From a virus (taxonomy: Duplodnaviria > Caudoviricetes), in IMG/VR virus record IMGVR_UViG_3300033076_000117, positions 204-64,203 of that record: a DNA stretch of 64,000 bases, one strand, 5' to 3'. The notes under the pieces were generated by a model. The model saw nothing but the letters and a program-made list of their open reading frames with translations, did not search any database and was not told where the DNA came from. Position 1 is the first letter of the stretch. Each line of letters starts with the position of its first letter. Both the position numbers and the translations under genes were made by a program. Below are positions 48,192 through 56,307 of the stretch, one piece after another.

Positions 48192-48809
48192 ATGCGCTTT
48201 AAAGAAATATCAGAAAGTACCGTAGCAGGAGCAATTGCTCCTGTAGAATCCGCTGGTTTTGTGAAAATGAAAACCCGTGGTCCAGTAGTTTACGGTGACA
48301 CAACACCTCAAGACCTTGTAAAGAAAAAGAAAAAGGGCCAGTACTCTAATTCTATCGCTGAGGGTAAACAAGTTGACGAAGCAAAACTTGAAGAAGAAGA
48401 TATTATCGTTATTCCAGGTCACAGTGGAAAGCGTAAAACAGGTTTTGTACCAAGAGGTCAAAGTCGTGTAGACCACGAAGTTGAAATGGCACGTAGCGAC
48501 TTGCTAGCAACACTAAAAAATGCTAAAGCATTGTATGAACTACTAGAGCATCGTAGCGAAGAAGAAGGTCTAGAAGGCTGGGTACAAGAAAAGATTATCA
48601 AAGCAAGCGACTACCTAAACGCTGTAAAAGAATACTATGACGAAAAGAGTGTTCAACAAGAAGGTGCCAAAGTAGACCGCATGGTAAAGCACATTGAAAA
48701 GTCTGAACGTAAACTAGGTAAGTCAAAAGACGAAGCAGAAAACATCGCATGGGCAACAGCTAACAAGCGTGGCATGTTAGACAACAAGAACAAGAAAAAG
48801 GGCAAATAA
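48192..48809 (+). CDS. Putative internal head protein
   Basis: Late promoter 48162-48168; start MRFKEISE; internal IAE, VDE, LEE sites. Confidence 0.55.
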   Translation: MRFKEISESTVAGAIAPVESAGFVKMKTRGPVVYGDTTPQDLVKKKKKGQYSNSIAEGKQVDEAKLEEEDIIVIPGHSGKRKTGFVPRGQSRVDHEVEMARSDLLATLKNAKALYELLEHRSEEEGLEGWVQEKIIKASDYLNAVKEYYDEKSVQQEGAKVDRMVKHIEKSERKLGKSKDEAENIAWATANKRGMLDNKNKKKGK

Positions 48810-50848
48810 TGAGCAACATCCTAAGAGGTTTGACCCTAAACGAAGGTTTGTACGATGAACTCAAAGCAGAAGGTGATCGTAAGATAGCCGCTATCAAAGC
48901 CAACCCAGAAGCATACAGCAAACAGTATGGTATTCCATTAGACCATAAACACTTCATTGGTGCTGTATTAGTTGCTATGGATCGTGAAGAACAACGTGAA
49001 AAACAAATCAAACGTGACGCTGATAACAAAGCACGTTATGATGCAAGTAGACAGCAACAACTAGCACAAGATAAAGAAAACATTGACCAATTGAAAGCAC
49101 AATTGGCACAATTAGAAGCACAATTTGATCCTAGTTATGAATACAGTGATGACTATACATTCTGGAATAAACAGAAAGATATCGGTGGTCAGATTCGTGC
49201 GTTGAAAAAGCGTATCAGTGATGTTGAAGGTCAACAACTTGATGAACTAAGTCCACAAACACTAGCAAGTTACAAAAAGAAAGCTGGTGCTGATGCTACT
49301 GCCGCAGACAAGCGTGGCGACTTTGCTAGAGGTAACAAACGTATGAGTGGTATCATGCAGGCTACTCGTAAAGAATTTGACAACGATACCAAACGATCTA
49401 ACGCAAGGTCACAAATCAAGACAGATGACAACTTACGAGCATACTACGCACAGCGCAAACAAGAAAAGCAGGATGTTGAAGAAGTTAGCCGTCGTGGAAT
49501 ACTAAAAGGCCTTGCGGCAGCAGGTGCATCAGCTATTGCTCCAGCATTTGCCAAAGGTGGCGGCGGAGGTGGCCGAGGAGGCGGTGGTGGCAGAGCATCA
49601 GGTGGTGGGAGAACAACTGTAGGTCGTGGACCACAAAGTGCATCACATGTTAGTGACGCACCACATAGCACATTTCACCCAGGCTCTCCGTTCTATCCAG
49701 TAGTAGGAGGTCACGGTGGTGGCACACATACTGCTAATGATGCTGACAAGAAAGAATACATCAAGTTCTTAACAAGTTATGCTAATGCTATTCGTGCAGG
49801 TAAGATGACTCCTGAAATGCGTAAGTGGTTGACACAGCACCCTGAAGTCATTGAGGACTTGAAGCGTGGCAAGTATGGACTAACTATGGGTCAACTAAAC
49901 GCAGACTTGGTAGACATTGAATCTCGCAAGAATTATCACTTGATGCGTGAAGGTTCTGACGAACCTAATCTTTCAAAAATGTCAGTTGATGAACTCAAAC
50001 AACATATTGAGGAATTGACCAACTCCGCATCAGAATTCTTTGGTATAGAACGATCATATATCAATATGGATATTGCTAAGGCTAAGGCAATGCTACGCAG
50101 AAAATTAAAGCAAGGTGTGGCGGAAGACGATGCCGGCGATGTTGAACAGCGTATGATTGCTAAAATAGAAAAAGAAAAACAACGTTTAGCAAAACTAAAG
50201 CAGACTGATCCAGAAGCATACAAGCGTGAAATGGCTAAGCGTGAAGCAGACCGAGCAAGAATGCCAGCAGTATCTACATTTGAAGAACAAAATGTAGCGG
50301 AAGATAAGGTAAGTCAGTTACACAAAGCGTGGGACAAGGCATTAAAGACAAAGCCAGTTAGTCCACAACAGCAACAGCGTAACCGTGAGCGTTGGGCACA
50401 GCGTCAAGCAGAAAAAGAACAAGGAAGCAAAGATATGAAAATCGATGAACTAGCAATCAATGAAGATTGGCAAAAAGTCAACAAGAAGGATAAGACTGAT
50501 GGTATGAGTAGCAAAGCAGTCAAAGCATATCGCCGTGAGAATCCAGGTTCTAAATTAAAGACTGCGGTAACTACAAAACCCAGTAAACTAAAGAAAGGTT
50601 CTAAAGCCGCGAAGCGCCGCAAATCTTTCTGCGCTAGAATGAGTGGCATGAAGAAAGCACATGCTAATGCTAAGACTAAACGAGATCCAGATAGCCCAAT
50701 CAATAAGGCATTGCGCCGTTGGAACTGTGAGTCCATTGAGCAAATGGAACAGTTAGTAATGATTGCTGAACAGAAAATTGCTGAAGCAAAAAATGCTAAA
50801 CAACAGGCTGCTATAGCAATTGCTAAGAAAGCCGCAAAAAAGGGTTAA
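48809..50848 (+). CDS. Modular putative internal head polyprotein with internal Tat-like signal and DUF6321-like C-terminal module
   Basis: Modules after LNE, LDE, VEE, MRE, VAE, INE, IAE; VSRRGILKGLAAAGASAIAPAFA; RRKSFCARM...ALRRWNC. Confidence 0.55.
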   Translation: MSNILRGLTLNEGLYDELKAEGDRKIAAIKANPEAYSKQYGIPLDHKHFIGAVLVAMDREEQREKQIKRDADNKARYDASRQQQLAQDKENIDQLKAQLAQLEAQFDPSYEYSDDYTFWNKQKDIGGQIRALKKRISDVEGQQLDELSPQTLASYKKKAGADATAADKRGDFARGNKRMSGIMQATRKEFDNDTKRSNARSQIKTDDNLRAYYAQRKQEKQDVEEVSRRGILKGLAAAGASAIAPAFAKGGGGGGRGGGGGRASGGGRTTVGRGPQSASHVSDAPHSTFHPGSPFYPVVGGHGGGTHTANDADKKEYIKFLTSYANAIRAGKMTPEMRKWLTQHPEVIEDLKRGKYGLTMGQLNADLVDIESRKNYHLMREGSDEPNLSKMSVDELKQHIEELTNSASEFFGIERSYINMDIAKAKAMLRRKLKQGVAEDDAGDVEQRMIAKIEKEKQRLAKLKQTDPEAYKREMAKREADRARMPAVSTFEEQNVAEDKVSQLHKAWDKALKTKPVSPQQQQRNRERWAQRQAEKEQGSKDMKIDELAINEDWQKVNKKDKTDGMSSKAVKAYRRENPGSKLKTAVTTKPSKLKKGSKAAKRRKSFCARMSGMKKAHANAKTKRDPDSPINKALRRWNCESIEQMEQLVMIAEQKIAEAKNAKQQAAIAIAKKAAKKG

Positions 50849-50897
50849 ATATGAAAGATTATGATTTCTATTGGAACCTAAAAGGATACCCTCGATA

Positions 50898-51338
50898 ATG
50901 TTGTCAGATAACTTAAAAGTATTATTAGCAAGTACTCAATCATTTGCTATCAAAACACAGAACTTTCACTGGAATGTAGAAGGTAGTAACTTTCCACAGT
51001 ATCATGAATTCTTTGACACAATGTATGGTGATGTATCAGATACTATCGACAAGATTGCTGAGTATATCCGTATTCTTGGTCATTACACACCAGGTAGTCT
51101 AACTCGCTATAGTGAGTTGTCTATCATTCAGGATCAAACAAAAATCCCACGTGCTGAATTGATGTTTGTAGAATCTTATCAAGACTGTGAAGCAATGATT
51201 CAGTTAGTCACTAGTATGTTTGACGAAGCTACTAACGAACGTCAGCAAGGTATTGCTAACTATATGGCAGAACTACAAGATTTATATGCTAAGAAAGCAT
51301 GGTTCATTCGCAGTATTCTAAAGAAAGAACGTGAATGA
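50898..51338 (+). CDS. dps: Dps/ferritin-like protein
   Basis: NFHWNVEG..F..YHEFF, D.IAEYIR.LG, W.IRS; start at MLSDN. Confidence 0.88.
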   Translation: MLSDNLKVLLASTQSFAIKTQNFHWNVEGSNFPQYHEFFDTMYGDVSDTIDKIAEYIRILGHYTPGSLTRYSELSIIQDQTKIPRAELMFVESYQDCEAMIQLVTSMFDEATNERQQGIANYMAELQDLYAKKAWFIRSILKKERE

Positions 51339-51889
51339 GAGATATCATAGAGTTACTTGAAGATAAGTCAAAGCCGAAAGACGTTGAAATTATCCAGTTG
51401 AACTTCATTGAGCGTGAGGTTTCTCCTGTTATGAGTAAAGAAACTCTAGACTTACACTATGGTAAGTTAGCACACGGTTACGCAGAACGATATAACAAGA
51501 ACGAAGGCGACAAAGACTTCAACTATGCAGGGGTATTCTTGCATAACATGTTGTTCACTCAGTATAGAGAAGTAAGAAACAACAATAAGCCAAACGGTCC
51601 TATGGAAGGTTTCATCAACAAACATTTTAGTTCATATGATGATATGAAAACTAAGTTCGAAGAAGAAGCAATGAAGATTCAAGGCAGTGGTTGGATATAC
51701 TTAGCAGAAGATGGATCAATCAAAACAATCAAGAACCACGAAGTACGCAACGACATACTATTATTGATTGACTGGTGGGAACATGCTTTTATATTAGACT
51801 ATGGCAGTGATAAGAAAAAGTATTTAAAAGAACAGTGGAAGATCATAAACTGGAACGTTATAAATACTCGATGGGGTAAGAGTTTATGA
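51335..51889 (+). CDS. sod: Fe/Mn superoxide dismutase with CTS-like N-terminus
   Basis: LHY, LHN, QGSGW, IDWWEHA..LDY keep the four metal ligands (H, H, D, H). Confidence 0.85.
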   Translation: MRDIIELLEDKSKPKDVEIIQLNFIEREVSPVMSKETLDLHYGKLAHGYAERYNKNEGDKDFNYAGVFLHNMLFTQYREVRNNNKPNGPMEGFINKHFSSYDDMKTKFEEEAMKIQGSGWIYLAEDGSIKTIKNHEVRNDILLLIDWWEHAFILDYGSDKKKYLKEQWKIINWNVINTRWGKSL

Positions 51890-53331
51890 GAGCAAATGAG
51901 TTCATCACTGAAATATTTCAACCTGGTAAGAAGAACTGGGAATGGCTACGCCGTGGTAGTGAAGAGGCAACCGCACAATTTAAAGTTGGCGATAGAGAAT
52001 ATCGTTGGGATGCATTTACTCAAAGAGCAAATGATAAAAAGTGGGAAGTACAATTTCGTTTGATACGACAACGTACTGATCCTGATGGATTAGACTTGTT
52101 TGGAAAAACAGGTACAGGTAATTCAGCAGAAGTATTATCTACAGCAGTAGATATCACACGTTCATTTATCAAAGAATACGGTCTAGACAAAGTAGAAGAA
52201 ATTACGTTCAACGCAAAAGAAGATAGTCGTATTGGCTTATACGCTAAGATGATAAAGCGTTTATTACCTGATTGGGACTTGTATCAAAAATACAGCAAAG
52301 ACATGGGAATGGAATATCATTTGACTGACCGCCGAGCATATGATAAGCCTGAAAACAAACTAAGCGAAGAAGCTAAAGCCGCCAAGTATAACGGCTTGAT
52401 GATGAAGTACGCATTCAATGACAATGCTTTGATACTAAAAGCATTTACAAAAGAGGGCCCAATAGCTTACGTTAAGTTTGTTAAAGAAGATAAAGAATTA
52501 TATCCACAGGATTTATGGACACATGATGACTATCGCAATCGTGGTATTGCTAAGTCAATGTATGATTACCTAAAGAGTGAAGGTTATGTAATCAATAGAA
52601 GTCATGACCAAACTAAAGCTGGTGCAGGATTCTGGGATAAACATCGCGGTGAAGATGCTTATGTTTGGGAAGAAGAAGTCATTGATGAAATGCCACTACC
52701 AGCTGATTGGGACCCTCAACAGTTTCATCAACCAAGCACAAGTTTCAAATCAAGATTACAGTACGCATTAGACCGTGCGGCAAAGTTAGGTACAGGTTCA
52801 AGTCGTGTTGCTACTACAATCGAATATCAAGGTCGTCCTACTGTATTGAAGATTGCTAAGAATCAAAAAGGTCTAGCACAGAATTCAGTAGAAGCAAGTA
52901 TATTAGATGATGGATATGCTAGTCAGATGGGCATATTAATTCCGTTAATTGACTACGATGAACAGAATCGTGAACCAAGTTGGATTCACACTGAGATGGC
53001 TACAAAAGCAAGTGATAAGAAACTTGCTAATATGATGGGTGTTGATAATCTCAGTCAACTTGTAAACATGGCATGGGCTATTACAGGTAAAAAGAAATAT
53101 CTAGGAACATACCAACAGTATGTTGATTACCTACAACAAAAAGGTAAAACTGACCAAGAAATTGAAACAGCAAGTGACTACGCAAACAAACTAGCAGAGT
53201 TGAATAGTTCATTCGATGTTGAGTTGGGCGACTTTACTAGAGCGGCTAACTGGGGTATATATCAAGGGCAACCAGTTATCATTGATGTTGGTTTCAACAG
53301 CAACGTATTAAATCAATATTATAAGAGATGA
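51886..53331 (+). CDS. Modular protein: unknown module + GNAT acetyltransferase + protein-kinase-like domain
   Basis: MRANEFITE; YRNRGIAKSMY (acetyl-CoA motif A); LGTGSSR, VLKIAK, GDFTRAANWG, IIDVG. Confidence 0.65.
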   Translation: MRANEFITEIFQPGKKNWEWLRRGSEEATAQFKVGDREYRWDAFTQRANDKKWEVQFRLIRQRTDPDGLDLFGKTGTGNSAEVLSTAVDITRSFIKEYGLDKVEEITFNAKEDSRIGLYAKMIKRLLPDWDLYQKYSKDMGMEYHLTDRRAYDKPENKLSEEAKAAKYNGLMMKYAFNDNALILKAFTKEGPIAYVKFVKEDKELYPQDLWTHDDYRNRGIAKSMYDYLKSEGYVINRSHDQTKAGAGFWDKHRGEDAYVWEEEVIDEMPLPADWDPQQFHQPSTSFKSRLQYALDRAAKLGTGSSRVATTIEYQGRPTVLKIAKNQKGLAQNSVEASILDDGYASQMGILIPLIDYDEQNREPSWIHTEMATKASDKKLANMMGVDNLSQLVNMAWAITGKKKYLGTYQQYVDYLQQKGKTDQEIETASDYANKLAELNSSFDVELGDFTRAANWGIYQGQPVIIDVGFNSNVLNQYYKR

Positions 53332-53972
53332 GAGCCACAGAATTTATAAGTGAAGATATATCACGAAGAGGCTTTCTAGGGGGTCTTGCTGGTATGGCTG
53401 CAGGTTCAGCAATGGGCAAGCAAATGCCACAACAAAAACCCGTTGAAGAACCACCAAACTTACTAAGCAATAATCCAGCTAACGAAACTACATTATTGAA
53501 AACTGCTAAGAAGGCAGGCATGAAGGGTCCTGAACTAGCACAGTTCATGGCACAAACAAAGCATGAATCTTGGGACTTTGAACGACTAAAAGAAAAGCCA
53601 CAACCTGGTGTCAAAGATTATTACAATAAGAAATACGACATTCGTTATAGCCCAAGAACAGCAAAGATATTAGGGAACAAACATCCAGGTGATGGTCACA
53701 AATATCATGGTCGTGGTTTTATACAATTGACAGGTCGTGATAACTATCGTATGGCAGGACAAGCATTGGGCATTGATTTGTTAAATCATCCTGAATTAGC
53801 TAGTAAGCCAGACGTTGCCGCACAAATTGCTGTATGGTATTGGAATACAAGAGTAAAGCCTAGCATACATAATTTTGCTGATACAAGGGCTGTCACACAA
53901 AAGATCAATCCAGCTGCCAAAGGCTTAGAAAACAGACACGAAAATTTTAAAGACTACATGAGAATAATATGA
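53328..53972 (+). CDS. GH19 lysozyme with CTS-like leader followed by Tat signal
   Basis: MRATEFISE|DISRRGFLGGLAGMAAGSAMG; AQFMAQTKHES, YHGRGFIQLTGRDNY, WYW, T.KIN. Confidence 0.85.
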   Translation: MRATEFISEDISRRGFLGGLAGMAAGSAMGKQMPQQKPVEEPPNLLSNNPANETTLLKTAKKAGMKGPELAQFMAQTKHESWDFERLKEKPQPGVKDYYNKKYDIRYSPRTAKILGNKHPGDGHKYHGRGFIQLTGRDNYRMAGQALGIDLLNHPELASKPDVAAQIAVWYWNTRVKPSIHNFADTRAVTQKINPAAKGLENRHENFKDYMRII

Positions 53973-54790
53973 AAAGAATAATAACAATACTCACACTGAC
54001 ACTAGCTACATTATCAGCAAACGCATGGACACAACGTGCTCCGTTTCCAGTTCAGCAATGTCAAAAACATGCCCCTTATGGCTTCCCTAATACAACTAAT
54101 GTACAGCCATTATGCCAGCAAGCATATCTAGTAGGATACGATGCATCTGCTAAATTACCTAAATTCGTAACCTATGAACTACTACCTCAAAACGCTCTCG
54201 GCTGCTTCCCTCGTACTAATGCTTTCGTTGCTAATCAATATGTTCAGAATGGCCCCACTCCCGACGATTACACAGGTACTGGATTCGATAAAGGACATGC
54301 CGCACCCGACGGTGACTTATCATGGGATCAACAAGTAGAGTATGAATCATTCTTGATGACTAACATGTTCCCTCAACGTGGTTCATTGAATCGTGGTATT
54401 TGGAAACTATTAGAAACAAGTGTACGTGGTTGGGCAGTGCAAAAGAATCAAAGCTATACAATTTACGTTGGCGCACTATACAATGGTACTGAGAAGAAGA
54501 TCGGTAAGGGAGTTATTGTACCTACAGGATATTACAAGATTGTAATCAACAATGTAACTAAAGAAGTCGCTGGTTGGGGATTCCCGCACGTTGATCCTTA
54601 TCCTAACTTAGGAAATGACTTGACTAAGTTTCGTGTTCCTCTAGCACAGATTCAACAAGCCGCAGGAGTACAATATGCATTCCCTCAAGGTGCAGTTGAA
54701 CTACAGCCTGGAAAAGAATGGACTGTCGATTTTGGAGCACTCACAAACGCAAAGCGCACTAAATGTGGCGCAAACGCATCAGCAGATTGA
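53969..54790 (+). CDS. DNA/RNA non-specific endonuclease (NucA/EndA family) with Sec signal peptide
   Basis: MKRIITILTLTLATLSANA; DKGHAAP, SFLMTNMFPQ...LNRGIW..LE...R, VPTGYYKIV. Confidence 0.9.
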   Translation: MKRIITILTLTLATLSANAWTQRAPFPVQQCQKHAPYGFPNTTNVQPLCQQAYLVGYDASAKLPKFVTYELLPQNALGCFPRTNAFVANQYVQNGPTPDDYTGTGFDKGHAAPDGDLSWDQQVEYESFLMTNMFPQRGSLNRGIWKLLETSVRGWAVQKNQSYTIYVGALYNGTEKKIGKGVIVPTGYYKIVINNVTKEVAGWGFPHVDPYPNLGNDLTKFRVPLAQIQQAAGVQYAFPQGAVELQPGKEWTVDFGALTNAKRTKCGANASAD

Positions 54791-54817
54791 TAAATACATA
54801 ATAACAAGGAGTTAGCC

Positions 54818-55093
54818 ATGGCAACTACACACGAAATTACTTCAGATTTAGCCGAATTCAAAAATTGGGATGAATGGATGGAATCAAATCCAGATGTTTC
54901 TCCTGAAGAATTAGCTCAATACAAAGAAACTAATGTTCCTGGTAAAGAAGCAGAACATAGTGAAAAGTTTTTCAACAGATACGTTGAATGGGTTAAAGAT
55001 CAAAAAATTAACCACACACAGATTTTTACCGATGAAGCAGGTAAAGTAACTACTGATAACGTAACGCACGAAAATATTGATGAGATTCTCTGA
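54818..55093 (+). CDS. Hypothetical acidic protein
   Basis: Late promoter 54790-54796; SD AAGGAG. Confidence 0.6.
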   Translation: MATTHEITSDLAEFKNWDEWMESNPDVSPEELAQYKETNVPGKEAEHSEKFFNRYVEWVKDQKINHTQIFTDEAGKVTTDNVTHENIDEIL

Positions 55094-55658
55094 TATTCTT
55101 ACTGAGTCTGCCGCCAGCGAACTAGCACAAAAATTGCCTAGTTTGAAGAAGCACGACTACAATACCATTGACAAACTTGTAAGAGTGGTTGCAAATAAGC
55201 ACAAGATTTCCAGCCACGCACTAAACAACTTGTTCGTCACTAAGTTTCATCAAACACCTGATAAATGGATCAAAGGTAAGTTAGATGAAACTGATACAAG
55301 TGACCTAGATATACAAGATGAAGTAGACAAGTTTGCTCAATGGACAGCAAGACGTTTGCATCTCAAAACAATACCAAAAATTGAACTAAGCTACGATACA
55401 CAAGAAGCCCAAGATGGACACCATACTGGTCGTCACACTGAGGGTACTAATGAAGTTTGGGTATACGCAAAGAATCGTAATTTGGTAGATATTCTTAGAA
55501 CCGTTTTTCATGAATTGGTACACTGCCGTCAAAGTGAATTGGGTATGATAAAACCAGGTGACAGTTATCCTGGTAGTCCAATTGAAGTTATGGCAGACAT
55601 GTTGGCTGGCAAATACATGAAAATTTACGGCGAACAACACCATCACATCTTTCAATAA
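55080..55658 (+). CDS. Zincin-like metallopeptidase with CTS-like N-terminus
   Basis: MRFSDILTE; RTVFHELVHCRQ (HExxH) and downstream E..A. Confidence 0.65.
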   Translation: MRFSDILTESAASELAQKLPSLKKHDYNTIDKLVRVVANKHKISSHALNNLFVTKFHQTPDKWIKGKLDETDTSDLDIQDEVDKFAQWTARRLHLKTIPKIELSYDTQEAQDGHHTGRHTEGTNEVWVYAKNRNLVDILRTVFHELVHCRQSELGMIKPGDSYPGSPIEVMADMLAGKYMKIYGEQHHHIFQ

Positions 55659-55666
55659 TCATTGAC

Positions 55667-55685
55667 TTGTGCTATACTAGCACAA
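55667..55685 (+). promoter_or_regulatory. Extended -10 promoter centred on an 8-bp palindrome
   Basis: TG-C-TATACT (55670-55678); TTGTGCTA-TAC-TAGCACAA (55667-55685); ATG at 55685. Confidence 0.6.
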
Positions 55686-56275
55686 TGCTTAAACTGTTAG
55701 TACCATTACCCAAAAAGATCACTGTCGCATGTAGCGGTGGTGTTGATAGTATGGCTGTCGTTGATTTTCTCAGACGAAAGCACGATGTAACTATTGCATA
55801 CTTCCATCATGGAACTAAACATGGCAGTCATGCTAGACAGTTTATTGCTAATTATTGCGTAGACAAAAATCTACCCATGATGTATGGGCACTGCCGCACT
55901 GAAAAAGATCCAAAAGAATCGCAAGAAGAATATTGGCGCAGAGAACGCTATGACTTTTTAAGTGGGATTGGTCCAGTCATCACAGCACATCATTTGGATG
56001 ACTGTGTTGAAACATACATTTGGTCAGCACTTCACGGTACACCAAAAGTAATTCCACTCACACGCAATAACGTACTAAGACCATTTCTAACTACACGCAA
56101 AGAAGAATTCAAATCTTGGTGCATTAGGCATGATGTACCCTGGATCGAAGACGAATCAAACCAAGACACCAAATACATGCGTAACTATGTACGTAACGTA
56201 TTGATGCCACAAGCATTGCATGTCAACCCAGGCTTGCATACTTTGGTGAAAAAGATTGTTGAAAAACAACAGTAA
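55685..56275 (+). CDS. tilS: tRNA(Ile)-lysidine synthetase, catalytic domain only
   Basis: PP-loop ACSGGVDS, R..RY.FL, TAHHLDD..ET, RPFL, W.EDESN....Y.RN..R. Confidence 0.88.
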   Translation: MLKLLVPLPKKITVACSGGVDSMAVVDFLRRKHDVTIAYFHHGTKHGSHARQFIANYCVDKNLPMMYGHCRTEKDPKESQEEYWRRERYDFLSGIGPVITAHHLDDCVETYIWSALHGTPKVIPLTRNNVLRPFLTTRKEEFKSWCIRHDVPWIEDESNQDTKYMRNYVRNVLMPQALHVNPGLHTLVKKIVEKQQ

Positions 56276-56307
56276 TACATATATAATACATTTCTAAAGG
56301 AGAATCT

